Below, in pieces: positions 33,901 through 45,719 of a stretch of 64,000 nucleotides of DNA (position 1 is its first letter; every line of letters starts with the position of its first letter). The notes below the pieces were generated by a model. That model worked only from the letters and a program-made list of their open reading frames with translations. It did no database searches and had not been told where the DNA came from. The translations under genes and the position numbers were made by a program. The DNA is taken from contig NC_083276.1 in the NCBI RefSeq assembly GCF_963506605.1, forward strand, positions 28,458,001-28,522,000. Reading direction: 5' to 3'. The DNA is from Zootoca vivipara. Its lineage: Eukaryota.

Positions 33901-36900
33901 AGATACAGTTTTTGCAGCATCGCAGTGAATTAACCTTGTTTGTAGTTGTTTGACCTGAGTTTTTGACATTACAGTTGGGCATCCAGTCAAGCAAAGGGGC
34001 CAAAGCATTAAATGTGGCTGAAATGCTCTTGCAGAGTAATGTAATTAAAACTTGCCATTATCTGCACATGGAGCCAGTTATTTGTAAAGGCTGGCGGTTC
34101 TATTTGACCCGGCAATGAAATTTAAACGCTGAAGTTTTACCTCTATAAAACTTTCCTCCAGCACCAGGATAAAGGGTTTCAACAGTGACTGTATAATTGC
34201 CCTGGGAAGCCTTAAATGGTAAAGTCGGGTGATTTGCTCTTCTTTTTCAGTTATTTTAAAAGTCTTTTTTTATTGCCCAAATGTGGGCTTTGGGGTGTGT
34301 TCTCTGGTTTTGATGTCTGAATTAACTTATAACGAGTTGGTGGTTTAGTAATACCCCAATAAATAAATATTTGGAGGACAGTATGTTTCTGCTTTTAGGG
34401 TAATGTGGTGTTGACTCCTTTCCGTGGTCAGAGATGTTGGGTTTCTGCCTTGACCTGGTGGTTGCTAGCAGATTCCACTGACAAACTTTTAATATCCATT
34501 CTCTTTTGTTTTGGAGCTAATTTCATAGTGACCAAAGACAGTGATGCCATAAGAATAACAGTAATAACAACAACAACAATAATATATTTCTTAAACCCTG
34601 TCCAACCGACTGGGTTGCCCCAGCCATGCTAGGCAGCTTCCCAAAAAAATACAGGGGGGGGGGAAAGCATTATAAGCTTGAATATACCAAATTGAATTGC
34701 ACACACACACAACTCAATGTAGGAGGACTCTTGGGAGACCTGGAGGCTTCCCTGCACCTTTCCACGCATAGATCTGTGACCTACAGCCATTTATTTGCTA
34801 CTCCGGAGTTTCTGTAGTTTTCAAAGTTTTGATGCCTCTCAATTCTGCTGTGCAGCGAGCGCTGTCTGCCATCTTAATTAGGGGCACCCTGCCAAGATGT
34901 GTCAGTGTTCTTCAACCAAATCGCCAAACTCCCTTGCTGTTCCTCCTCCCACTCACCCAGCTCTTTAATCCCGACCTGCAGTTCTCCCTGCTGCTTTGTT
35001 CTCAGTAGCGTGGAATATCATATTAGGCAGGACAGCAATTGCTTGTGAAGCTACGTGAAAATACGAAGACCTGAGCAGCTTACTAAAAATATGTCGTGAA
35101 CTTTGTGTCTCTCGGTCAACTACATAGTTTGCTCTAGGCAAACTTAGAAAATTAATTTGCAAGTGCCAAAATCAGTGCAATTTGTCTGTGTCTTGGAAGC
35201 TTGGGGCTGCTTGTGGATCTCAGTGTCACTGGCAGTGCTAAAAAGTTATTGCGTAAAAGTAACTGGATCCCGCCCCCCCCCCCCCCGGTGAGATTAAGGA
35301 AGAAAATGGGATAATTTATTCTGTTAAAAAAGGATAGTAGTAGTGGGTGCAAGTTGGATTTTCTTCCTGTGCACTTAAAGATAGGGATGCCCAGCTTTCC
35401 AGATCAGATACTGCTATTGAGATTATGTAACTTCAAGAATTGGTGCCTGAATTTGTGTGCTTTTTTTCCACCCTCCCCATCTTGTTTTCCTTTTGTATTG
35501 TATCTATTGGATATTAAGCCTGTCAGCAGCTACTACCCTTTAAAATATATTTTAGGGTCTTCACAAGTGATAAATAATAATAATGAATTTGAGCCACTTG
35601 GCACTATCATTTATCAAAATCCTCTGAACAGAGGCCCCCAAGGTGCGTGTCTTAGTATTTCATTGATTTGAAATAAAAAGTTACAGGAATGTGCAATTAT
35701 CTGTGGATTGGGAAACATAATATTTTTACCATTATCACATGCAATCCTACATGATTTCTGATAGGCAATCTGCCATATTGTCGCTAGAGAAAAATGGAAT
35801 GGATTTCATTTACTTTAGATTCAAATATGTTTCAAAGGTGGAACTTAAATTCCTCCAGTCAGACCAGCTCAGCTTTCCATTAAGCCTCTTACACAAATTG
35901 ACATCTTTCCCAGTCTTGGAAATACACATCTGATCCAGCTTTTCTTCACCCTTCCATAGTTCCATTTCACTTTTCCAAAATACTTTCTGTGAATTGCCTT
36001 AATCAACTCTTCAGCTCACAGCCCATTTTTTTCGCTTTATATTTTTATCATTGAACCTATTGTTGAAAATGTAGCACAGATCAAAACTCACTGACACTTG
36101 TACAAATAATAATGAGAATCAAGCTTTATGGCCAGGCTTTTTTAAAGTTAAGAATTGTATTAAGCTGCATCAGAAGCCTGGCTTTCTGTATGAAACTCTT
36201 GCAGAGATTCATAATTGAAATTGATTTTTTTTTTTTTTAATTTTCTTTTGTATCTTTTCAGAAACAAAAGTTCCAGCAAACGGGCCTCAAAAACTTTACT
36301 GGAAAAGCTTCGCTGGGTGACTTTGGGTTACCATTATAACTGGAATACAAAGGTATTCAAGGACAACAGAGCCTCTTGGCGATGTATAACAGGAAGATAA
36401 TATGATAGCAAATATTTGTTGATTTTATTTTTGCACTGGTTAGAAAATGTAAGCATAACGTCACTGTGCAAGCTTTCTGCTGAAGACACCATGGCTTCTT
36501 AAAGATATTTGAAGCCAAAACATTCTAATCAGATTGAAAACTTGAGGTAGAGTGAGAAAGAATTTTCTATCAGCATGCTGCAGACATGCTTAACCAAATG
36601 AGCCTGCAGCCTTATCTGCTTATTGTCTGGCCTTAATAAGAAATCCACCTATTCCCAGTCTTCTCATCAGAAACATTTAGCAAACCATATTGAGGTTTCT
36701 AGTTCAGGGAAGTTTGTATTTAGGCATTTGGGGAAAGATTCTGGACTATGTCACCCCTGTGTGAAAAATATTAATCATCATGTCTGAAATACTGAGTGTC
36801 TTGGTTTTTGTTCCTGGGTCTGAACTACAACTGCAACCGCTAGCACTAACTGAGCTTCTTGTTGGCAATAGCAGAGGAAGTGACAGTTCAGGCTCTAAAG

Positions 36901-39283
36901 CCCATTTTGCATGGATGTTACACTTGAAACTCCAGTAGGGGAAGCTGCCTAATCTGCCCTCCACCTCAGCTTTGGAAAGGAGATAGTGGGTATTGACCTA
37001 AAACTCACTTTATTTTAGGTATTGACCTAAAACTCACTTTAAGTCACGACTGGATGTGTTCATAGGATGACTTTGTTCCTCTGGAATTCTTTTCTGTGTA
37101 TTTGTTGTTGTTCTTTTGCTCCTTCACCAGAAATATTCAGCCAACCACTACACACCCTTTCCATCTGACTTGGCTTTCCTCTCGGAGCAAGTGGCTAAAG
37201 CTTGTGGTTTTCCACGTTTCCAAGCAGAAGCAGGAATCCTCAACTACTATCACTTTGATTCATCTCTGGGAATTCACGTGGATGAGTCCGAATTGGACTA
37301 TTCTCAGCCGCTTCTATCATTCTGGTAGGCTACCCAAACATTTCATCTTCTAGCTAACACATCTTGATTAAAGTGTACAAATGACAGGCTTCGTGTGGCA
37401 AACATAAACTTCTTCCCTGAAGTGTAGGGATGTGGCAGATCAAGCTCACGGGCAACTGACTACTGATCCAGAATACCGTAGTAGGATTGCTGAAGTCAAT
37501 GGGAGCCATTGTTTATTTCATTTATAAACATTGATTCCATACCCCCCCCCAATAATAGCCCTGTAGGCTAGCCTGTCAATTGACCTTTGTCCATCCTAAC
37601 ATTCTGCATTGTTCCTGAGTTTCTTCTCTGTACTCTGAGGTCAGACTGTTAGTGAAGGCTACAACCCAAAATAGAAGACCTATTCCGTGGAGGAAGCAGG
37701 GAAGGAGTACTTCTTAGTGCTTCTTTTTCTTTACTGTTTACATTGGGAAAAGTGCCAATATATAATTTCTATTATTGGGGTTAGAATGGAGAAGAAATTT
37801 TAGCAGAAACATCACCAATTGGGAGATGGTTGAGAAACACCCCACCAAGCCTTCATGGCTGCATTTTGTAAAAGAAAATAGTAACACCTGGGACAAGCTA
37901 CATGCCATTGAGTGCCGTGTGTGGTTTGGCCCTGAGAATAACTTTGACCATTATATAAGAACAGGGCCAGCTCACCCATGAGACAAGGTGAGGCGACCGC
38001 CTTGGGTGGCAGGATCCACAGCGGCAGCAGATCCCAATGTAGATATTCAGTTCTTCCCCACACCTTGTTTCTGGTGTAGATCTTCATTCACCTTTCTTCC
38101 CTGGTAGGGAGCAGGACACCATTTTGCAGTTTGCCTCAGGTGCTAATATGTTTTGGGCTGTCCCTGTACAGGAACATTGGAAGTTGCCCCATCCCTATGA
38201 AACACCCTCCCTTGAGATGTCAAGGAGATAAAGAACTGTGTGTAACTTTTAGAAGACATCTGAAGGCAGCCCTGTATCGGAAAGCTTTTAATGTTTGATG
38301 TTTTATTATGTTTCAATATATGCTGTAAGCCGCCCAGAGTGGCTGGGGAAACAAAGCCAGATGGGCAGGGTATAATTAATGACATTGTTATTATTATTTT
38401 GTTTGTTTATTATAATTATTATTATTTAAGTCAGGTCCATCTAGGTTCAGAATTGTACGCTGACTGGCAGTGACTGTCCAGGATTTCAGACAGGGGTGTC
38501 TCCCAGACCAACCTGGAAATGCCAGGGATCGAACTTGGGACCTTCTGAATGTAAAGCAGATGTTCTACCACTGAGCTACAGCTCTTCCCCTAATAAATGT
38601 GTTTAAAGTACCATAAGAGGAAGGGTGTGGGGAGCTGTTTGCTGGCTTTGGAGTTGAATGAGATAACGCTTTGGAAAGTGCATATATACTATGTAAATTA
38701 TAACATAAAAAGAACCAATACAGCACAACACTGGTGGTCTTTATGTTTATGCCGAGTTGCAGCGGAACTTCCGCCTAGCCTATTGAGAAGAGAATAGCTG
38801 GTAAAATCTACCATAGCTACAGTTTTACTAACTGCCTTCTCTCTTTTTCCTCTGTCTAGTTTTGGACAGTCATCCATATTTTTGTTAGGGGGGCTGAAAC
38901 GAGATGAAGCCCCTGTGGCCATGTTCATGCACAGCGGGGACATGATGATCATGTCTGGCTTCAGCCGCCTGCTGTACCACGCAGTCCCCAGGATTCTGCC
39001 CAACCTGGAGGGGAAGCCTTTGCCTTCTTGCCTGGAGCTGCCTGTCCATGCTGACCTTCCTGAAGACTCTGTTATGGAGCCCTGCTCTCAGGAGGACTGG
39101 CAAGTCTGTGCCAAGTATCTGCAAGCATCCCGTGTCAACATGACTGTCAGGCAAGTGCTTGCTGAAGGTCAGAGCTTCCCAGCTGAAGCCAGGACAGGGA
39201 GAGACCTGGATGCTTCTTCCATAGGCTCTTATCATGAGGAGCACAGTGAAATAAAAAAGCACAAGTCTGATCCGGGCAGCTGA
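27770..39283 (+). CDS. ALKBH1: Nucleic acid dioxygenase ALKBH1 (AlkB homolog 1), 6 exons, 370 aa
   Basis: Exons 27770-27901, 32638-32746, 33014-33176, 36262-36352, 37131-37324, 38860-39283; 1113 nt with consistent phases. [24 protein letters not shown], Fe-binding GIHVD and LLYHAVPR, 2OG-binding RVNMTVRQV. Confidence 0.97.
28349..28425 (-). mobile_element. Probable minimal non-autonomous Helitron (77 bp)
   Basis: Minus strand a|TCCTAAAG...GCCCGTT(ACTG)AATGGGC-TGAAATACA-CTAG|t: TC start, subterminal hairpin, CTAG end, A/T site, no TSD. Confidence 0.65.
28863..28901 (-). ncRNA. Minimal type I hammerhead ribozyme motif (PLE-type)
   Basis: GUAU-CUGAAGA-A-GUGUG(CAUG)CACAC-GAAA-GCUC-AUAC on the minus strand. 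Confidence 0.8.
29082..29119 (+). ncRNA. Minimal type I hammerhead ribozyme motif (PLE-type), sense strand of ALKBH1 intron 1
   Basis: CTGAAGA 29086-29092, stem II GTGTG/CACAC, GAAA 29108-29111, CUC triplet 29113-29115, stem I GTAT/ATAC. Confidence 0.8.
30041..30381 (-). mobile_element. Sauria SINE nested in a hAT MITE (30016-30534)
   Basis: taaaggtaaag tail, gactctggggtt, gggatttgaactgccgacc B-box region; host TIRs caggggtagtcaacc / ggttgacaacccctg. Confidence 0.85.
32638..32746 (+). CDS. ALKBH1: ALKBH1 exon 2
   Basis: [37 protein letters not shown]. Confidence 0.95.
33014..33176 (+). CDS. ALKBH1: ALKBH1 exon 3
   Basis: [37 protein letters not shown]...QLR. Confidence 0.95.
36262..36352 (+). 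CDS. ALKBH1: ALKBH1 exon 4
   Basis: [30 protein letters not shown]. Confidence 0.95.
37131..37324 (+). CDS. ALKBH1: ALKBH1 exon 5
   Basis: [14 protein letters not shown]...[32 protein letters not shown]. Confidence 0.95.
38250..38425 (+). mobile_element. L2 3' tail fragment
   Basis: agaagacatctgaaggcagccctg...gccgcccagagtggctggggaaac. Confidence 0.75.
38430..38590 (-). mobile_element. tRNA-derived SINE
   Basis: gggatcgaacttgggacc...ctaccactgagctacagc (A/B boxes on minus); related copies near 4056-4270 (+) and 53625-53790 (-). Confidence 0.7.
38860..39283 (+). CDS. ALKBH1: ALKBH1 exon 6 (stop)
   Basis: [27 protein letters not shown]...LLYHAVPR...RVNMTVRQV...*. Confidence 0.95.
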
Positions 39284-39453
39284 AACCTGGCCATATGGAG
39301 CAGCAACATACTAAGTGGATGTGTAACAAAATGTTTTGGAACTTTGTGGGCAAAGTACATGGTTCAGACCAAAAGACTACTTGTGTTTTCTCCCAAGGTC
39401 ACACAACTAAAGAATGTCACTCCAGTGCACCGTCTGAATATAATATATGTTCC

Positions 39454-39522
39454 CTGTTTCCTGCTTGGCAGGGGGTTGGACTGGATGGCCCTCGTGGTCT
39501 CTTCCAACTCTATGATTCTATG
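39454..39522 (+). mobile_element. CR1 3' tail downstream of the ALKBH1 stop
   Basis: gcagggggttggactggatggccctcgtggtctcttccaactctatgattctatga. Confidence 0.8.
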
Positions 39523-39552
39523 ACTTATAGCTGTCTGTAACAAGTGACATAT

Positions 39553-39700
39553 TTTAGAAGACATCTGAAGGCAGCCCTGTTTAGGGAAGTTTTTAATATC
39601 TGATGTTTTATTGTATTTTTAATTTTTTGTTGGACGCCGCCCAGAGTGGCTGGGGAAACCCAGCCAAATGGGCGGGGTATAAATAATATTATTATTACTG
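39553..39700 (+). mobile_element. L2 3' tail fragment
   Basis: Same family; its (tta)n tail was the target of the Penelope-like insertion. Confidence 0.75.
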
Positions 39701-39902
39701 GTTACAGGTAGGTAGCCGTGTTGGTCTGGGTCGAAGTAAAATAAAAAATTTCCTTCAGTAGCACCCTAAAGACCAACTAAGTTTTTATTTTGGTATGAGC
39801 TTTCGTGTGCTTTCGGTATCTGAAGAAGTGTGCATGCACACGAAAGCTCATACCAAAATAAAAACTTAGTTGGTCTTTAAGGTGCTACTGAAGGAAAAAA
39901 AT
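39701..39902. mobile_element. Miniature Penelope-like inverted pLTR insertion
   Basis: Same family as 28814-29210; 14-bp TSD TATTATTATTACTG (39687-39700 and 39903-39916). Confidence 0.85.
39815..39854 (+). ncRNA. Minimal type I hammerhead ribozyme motif downstream of the ALKBH1 stop
   Basis: GGUAU-CUGAAGA-A-GUGUG(CAUG)CACAC-GAAA-GCUC-AUACC; 5-bp stem I; predicted cleavage after 39849. Confidence 0.82.
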
Positions 39903-41928
39903 TATTATTATTACTGTTTTAACTTTGGTTCAGACTGAAATGGCCATTCAAAGGCACTTTGCTAACAGCAGCACCTTAATGTACATCCCTTCATACTGCT
40001 AGCCTGAAGTCCTGCTGTGTTGTCTAGAGAGACCTGCTGTGTGCCTTGCAATGTGCTTATTACCTATTGACTGATACCAGGGGTTCATTTTGAGGGTGGG
40101 ATGGGGCTTTTATTTAAAACAACCTCCCTTTCTCGGAGGAAAATAATTAGGGACTGTGTAGTGATTTTTCTATTCAATATGTCCTTTTCTTCCCCTTGTC
40201 TCTGAATACTAAAACTGCCCTGTTCCATCAGCGTTAGGCCGTTTGGCTGCCTGCATAATGCAATCTTTGCAGTCTGCCTCCTTCAGGAGCAAGCAGAAGA
40301 GAATGACTTTACAAACAGGAACAATGAAGTTGTAGATGAAGCGCCCAGAAAGAAAATTAATCAGCGACTATCTCTATTGCCCAAAAGGTAAACATATTGA
40401 AACAAATAAGGACAACACAGTCTTCAGTGCCCATCTGTTTTAGGATTCCGACTTCCCTATCTGGTTTTTAATGCAATTTTAATTGCCAGAGTGCAGCGCT
40501 CTGTCCCAGGGGTGTTTTGTCGCACTTTTCCCATGAATAAGCTTACTCTGTTTTAAATTAAAGATCCCTATCTGTCTTGGAGAGCTGTTTCTCTCTCTCT
40601 TTCCTCCTCCCCTCCTCCTCTTTGGTTAGTTATTTTGTTCATGCTGCAGTATTGTTCATGCTGCCTTGAGCAACTCTCACCTTTTCCTTCAGGCTATGTC
40701 TAGCTCTGCTGTTCCTGATATCCCCCAGCAGAACATGGAGTATCTGCTCACCTCTACACGGCTAAACTCTGAGGAAGTTGGGCGTTTCTTTGCAATGCTC
40801 GACCATGGTGTGGGTTTGGTATAGTCCTCCATATCTCTCTCTGGGCTATGCATTCCTGTGATGCATCAGGATTTTCAAAAGAAAACAACTGGCACCTGTT
40901 TTCAGAAGTTAGGCTTGCATTTCATTAATGGTTCAAAGAGAAAAGTCTTTTCTGTGCAGGCATTCAATATGGAATGATATTAATAAATTAAGTTTTCCTG
41001 AGATAATATATGAGGGTACACAAGGGAAGAACTGAATTCTCTTTCACATTGAGCCTCAGAAACAGCCCACATTTGCCAGCAAATGCAGCTGGGAGCTGCA
41101 TCCAATCATGACATGCTTGTTGTGTTCACTCTTGGCATTTCCAGGGGAATACTTAGGCTTTCTTCTGAGTAAGCATGCATAGGGTTACACTGTTAAAATG
41201 TTTGGGGGTGTATACTTATAAAATTATAATGTGTACAGTAGCTCACAGATCTCCCATATAAAATATGTACCTGAGATTTCTGCTTCTGCTTGTGGAAAGA
41301 AGGGGGCGTGTTTAGGTTTACCTTAAGAGGTCAGCTAATCCCGGGACATTTTAAATTGTGCTCAGTGTGGCTGCCTATCATTTTATTTAACAAACAGTAT
41401 ATAGCATTTAACTGTAAGTAAACCTCTAAGTGGTTTACAAAAATATTTTTCCCCACCCCCAATTATGGTAATCTCTAGCCCAGAAAAAAATGTTGTAGGT
41501 CAATATAATTATCCCATTGTCTTGGGGGTGGGGGACTTTCCCTTGGATACTTTAATAAGAATATCCTAATAGATAGCAGTTAAGATGTCCCAGCCATTTG
41601 TTCTAAACTCTGTTACTACCGTACTCCTTGATTAATACATGCAGTGGAACCTCGGGTTGTAGACATAATCCATGATGGAGGCACATCCGCAACCTGAAGC
41701 GTTCTCATCCTGAAGCACGGCGTCTGCGCAGGCGCCGGTGCGATCTGGCACTTCTTTTTTTTTTTTTTTCCAAATAAGTTTTTATTCATTTTTTTCATAA
41801 AGATATTAACAATCATACATATTACAAATAATTCATTCTATGTGACTTCCTTCCAACCCATAAGTGGTAACTTCTGTCAAGCTTGCTTCGTATTTTCTAT
41901 TTACAAACAACTCATCACACTGTAGGGG

Positions 41929-44900
41929 TTATGTTACTACCCCTAACGCTCTCATGCCCAGATAATTTCCTTTAGCATATTCTATAAATTTACTCCATTC
42001 AGCTTGGAACTTCACATCATCCGAGTCACGTACCCTGTGTGTTAATTTGGCTAATTCCATAAACTCTAGGACCTTCGACTGCCACTCAACTATAGATGGT
42101 ATATCATTTGTTTTCCATTTCTGAGCAATAAGAATCCTGGCAGCCACTGTGGCGTACATAAAGAATCTTATATCTGATTTTGGGATTTCCTTATCGACTA
42201 AACCCAGCAGAAAAGCCTCAGGCTTTTTCGGAAAGGTAAGTTTCAAGATTTTTTTAAGTTCATTGTAAACCAGATCCCAAAATTGTTTTATCCTGTCGCA
42301 CCCCCACCACATGTGGAAAAATTCCCCCACCGATGTTTTACATTTCCAGCACCATTTGTTCTGGTTCCTGTACATCTTAGATAATTTTGCTGGCGTTAGG
42401 TACCAGCGGTAAACAAGTTTCATTACATTCTCCTTAAGTACAGTACAGGCTGTAAAATTGATATTTTGTTTCCACAATTTTGACCACATATCGGATGAGA
42501 TGTTGTGCCCGAAATCTCTGGCCCATTTAATCATAGAATCCTTGACAGCCTCGTCCATAGTATGCCAGTCCAGAAGTAGACTATACATTTTAGATAGCAG
42601 TTTGTAATTTTTACCTAATAACTCAATTTGAAATCTAGATTTCTTATCTTCAAAACCAAATTCTTTTTTATCTTTATTAAATAGATCATTTATTTGATAA
42701 TATTGCAACCATCCTGCTAATTTGTCCTTGATTTGATCATACGTTTTTAATTTATAACCTTCGTTTGTTTTGATAATAATGTCTTCATAAATAAGGCCTT
42801 TCTTATCCATATTGATCTTCCGGATCGCTAGTACATTCAGAGGGGACACCCACAAGGGCATTTTCTTTTCAAGTAGGGCCTTATTACGGTCCCAAACTTC
42901 AAGTATTGAACGTCTAAATATGTGGTTAGTAAAGCCCTTGTGGGCTTTCGCCTTGTTGTGACAGAGGTATGCATGCCACCCAAAACGATTTGTGTAACCT
43001 TCAAGGTCCAGTAGATCTGAATTCTCCAACAAGATCCAGTCCCTTAACCATACAAGGCATGCTGCCTCATAGTAAAGTTTCAGGTCAGGCAAGGCGAATC
43101 CTCCTCTCTCTTTTTTGTCAACTAAGATTTTTAACTTGATCCTGGGTTTTTTCCCTAGCCATACAAACTTTGATAATACTCTTTGCCAATCTTTAAATTG
43201 GGAAACTCCTTTTACTATAGGAATATTCTGAAAAAGAAATAAAAATCTTGGTAGAATATTCATTTTGATGACCGCGATTCTACCCCATAGGGATAGTTTC
43301 AAATATTTCCAATTATCTAAATCTTTCTTGATATCTTTCCAGGCCGAATCATAATTATCTTGAAACAAATTTAAATTTTTTGAGGTTAACCAGATTCCCA
43401 GATATTTTATTTTTTTAGCACACGATATTCCTATTTGTTTTTCTATCTCTTCACTCTTCTCTCTTCTTATATTTTTCAAAATCATTTTAGTCTTTGTCTT
43501 ATTGATTTTGAAGCCCGCCACTTGACCAAAATCTTCCATAATCTTTAGAGCTTCTGGTAGGCTAGTCTCGGGTTCTTCCACCGTCAAAGCCAGATCGTCG
43601 GCGAACGCCTTAACTTTGTATTCCTTGTTCCCGAGCTTGATTCCCCTTATTTCCGATGTGTTTCTCAGACGGTTGTTTAGAACCTCAATTACCGTTATAA
43701 ATAGCAGTGGTGATATGGGGCAGCCTTGCCTGGTCCCTTTTGAAATATTGAATTTATCTGATAAATTATTATTTATAATAAGCCTGGCTGATTGATCCGA
43801 ATAGATTGCCCTGATGCCTCTCATAAACATATCTCCTATCCCCATTTCTTTTAGATTGTTCAGCATGAAATACCAGGAGACGTTGTCAAACGCCTTCTCC
43901 GCGTCGACGAACAAAAGCGCTGCTTGTTTCTCGTTTCTTACCTCTAAATATTCAATTATGTTTATGATATTTCTGATGTTTTCCTTCATTTGGCGGCCCG
44001 GTAAAAAGCCCGCCTGGTCTCTATGTATTATCGCATTTAGTACATGTTTTAGTCTATCAGCCAAGATATCTGCGAATAATTTGTAATCATTATTTAATAA
44101 AGAAATGGGCCTATAGTTTTTAACATTTTGAGAATCTGCATCTTTTTTTGGAATCAACGTGATGAAAGCTTCCTTCCAGGTGTTTGGTATCGTCCCCGTA
44201 TTGAGAATATTATTCATCACTTCGCACAATATTGGTGCAATTTGGGTAGCTAATACTTTATAATATTTGGCCGAAATCCCGTCGGGACCAGGCGCTTTGC
44301 CCAATTTCATCTTATTGATAGCTTTTTCTACTTCTTGAATTGAAATTTCTTTATTCAATAAATCTTTCTTATCTTTTGATATCTCTTGGAGGCCGAATGA
44401 TCGAATAAAATTTTCTATTTTCTTTTTGTCTTCTTTTTCTTTCCTATATAATTCTCTATAGTATCTTTGAAAGACATTTCTTATTTCTTTGGGATCAACT
44501 ATTTCGACGCCTTCTTCTTTAATTGCATTAATTGTACTCTGTTTCTGCCGCATCTTTATCTGCCAAGCCAATAATCTACCCGATTTATTCGCTGATTCAA
44601 AATTTTTTTGTCTTAACCATTTGATTTTCCATTCGACCTCCTGGTTGACTAACATTGATAACTGTGTTTGTAATCTTGAGATGGTCTGTTTTAGAGATTC
44701 ATCTTTTGGTGAAGTAATTAATCGCTTTTCGCAATGTGTTAATTGTGTCAAGATTTCTTCTTTTCTTTTCCCTTTTTCTTTAACTTTGTGGCTGTTTTTT
44801 TGTATCAGAAACCCCCTCATAACCGCTTTACTAGCGTCCCAAACGATGTCAATGGGGGTTTCTTTATTTAAATTCCATTTAAAATAATCCGTGATTGTTT

Positions 44901-45684
44901 CTTTAGCTTTCTCGACTATATTATTATCATTGAAGAGGGTCTCATTTAATCTCCATCTGGAATTAACTCTGTCTTTTAATTTTAGTTCCAGGTAGATTGC
45001 ATTATGGTCCGAGAATGTTCTAGGCTGAATATCTACTTTAAGAATTCTTGGGATCAAATCATTAGAAACCCATATATAATCAATTCTTCCTGAGCTATTG
45101 TTCCGACCTGAAAAGAAGGTATATTGTTTTGTAGTGGGGTATTTAAATCTCCAACAATCCGTAATGCCTGCGATTTCAATCAATTCAAAGAAGGGTTTTG
45201 GTAGTTTGCCCTCATTCTTATCCTTTCTTATCCCTGACCTATCCATCTCCGGCATAACTACTCCATTGCAATCGCCCATGAGAATAATTCTGTTATCCAA
45301 ATAATCCGCAATAATATCTTTTAATTTAGAATAAAATTCTGCCTTTCTTTCATTTGGGGCATAGATGCCAATCAAAATTATTCTTTCACCTTGCAGTGTG
45401 ACTTGGACAATCAGGATCCTTCCTTCATCATCTTTAAAGAGCATTTTGGACTCATATTTTTCTTTTACATAGATAGCTACCCCTCTTTTCTTACTCTGGT
45501 CTGATGTCACAAATTCATTGCCCAATCTTTTATTTGTCAGGATTCTTTTATGTTTATCTGAAATATGGGTTTCTTGAAGACAAATTATATCGAGATTTCT
45601 TTTTTTCAAAACATGTTCAATTTTATTGCGTTTATTTTTATCATTAAGACCATTTACATTCCACGACAGTAGTTTCAGAGCCAT
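41929..45684 (-). CDS. L1 ORF2p: APE endonuclease, reverse transcriptase and CCHC domain, 1251 aa, uninterrupted
   Basis: SWNVNGL, LQETH, GDCN, RIDY, SDH (APE); KAPGPDG, YRPISLLN, DAEKAFD, GTRQGCP, FADD (RT); CWKC-x8-HMWWGC. Confidence 0.96.
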   Translation of the reverse strand: MALKLLSWNVNGLNDKNKRNKIEHVLKKRNLDIICLQETHISDKHKRILTNKRLGNEFVTSDQSKKRGVAIYVKEKYESKMLFKDDEGRILIVQVTLQGERIILIGIYAPNERKAEFYSKLKDIIADYLDNRIILMGDCNGVVMPEMDRSGIRKDKNEGKLPKPFFELIEIAGITDCWRFKYPTTKQYTFFSGRNNSSGRIDYIWVSNDLIPRILKVDIQPRTFSDHNAIYLELKLKDRVNSRWRLNETLFNDNNIVEKAKETITDYFKWNLNKETPIDIVWDASKAVMRGFLIQKNSHKVKEKGKRKEEILTQLTHCEKRLITSPKDESLKQTISRLQTQLSMLVNQEVEWKIKWLRQKNFESANKSGRLLAWQIKMRQKQSTINAIKEEGVEIVDPKEIRNVFQRYYRELYRKEKEDKKKIENFIRSFGLQEISKDKKDLLNKEISIQEVEKAINKMKLGKAPGPDGISAKYYKVLATQIAPILCEVMNNILNTGTIPNTWKEAFITLIPKKDADSQNVKNYRPISLLNNDYKLFADILADRLKHVLNAIIHRDQAGFLPGRQMKENIRNIINIIEYLEVRNEKQAALLFVDAEKAFDNVSWYFMLNNLKEMGIGDMFMRGIRAIYSDQSARLIINNNLSDKFNISKGTRQGCPISPLLFITVIEVLNNRLRNTSEIRGIKLGNKEYKVKAFADDLALTVEEPETSLPEALKIMEDFGQVAGFKINKTKTKMILKNIRREKSEEIEKQIGISCAKKIKYLGIWLTSKNLNLFQDNYDSAWKDIKKDLDNWKYLKLSLWGRIAVIKMNILPRFLFLFQNIPIVKGVSQFKDWQRVLSKFVWLGKKPRIKLKILVDKKERGGFALPDLKLYYEAACLVWLRDWILLENSDLLDLEGYTNRFGWHAYLCHNKAKAHKGFTNHIFRRSILEVWDRNKALLEKKMPLWVSPLNVLAIRKINMDKKGLIYEDIIIKTNEGYKLKTYDQIKDKLAGWLQYYQINDLFNKDKKEFGFEDKKSRFQIELLGKNYKLLSKMYSLLLDWHTMDEAVKDSMIKWARDFGHNISSDMWSKLWKQNINFTACTVLKENVMKLVYRWYLTPAKLSKMYRNQNKWCWKCKTSVGEFFHMWWGCDRIKQFWDLVYNELKKILKLTFPKKPEAFLLGLVDKEIPKSDIRFFMYATVAARILIAQKWKTNDIPSIVEWQSKVLEFMELAKLTHRVRDSDDVKFQAEWSKFIEYAKGNYLGMRALGVVT

Positions 45685-45719
45685 ATCAACAGTTGAATTT
45701 GGATTAACTAAGGTTTACT

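Noticed and set aside
36991-37042. Short direct duplication (ggtattgacctaaaactcacttta x2) as a CRISPR-like or regulatory array
   Set aside because: Two adjacent copies only, consistent with a slippage duplication; similar pairs occur near 25575, 52283 and 63445.
40693-40807. Exon-like open segment after a strong acceptor (AMSSSAVPDIPQQ...)
   Set aside because: Unrecognised peptide, weak donor, and phase incompatible with the 50277 candidate.
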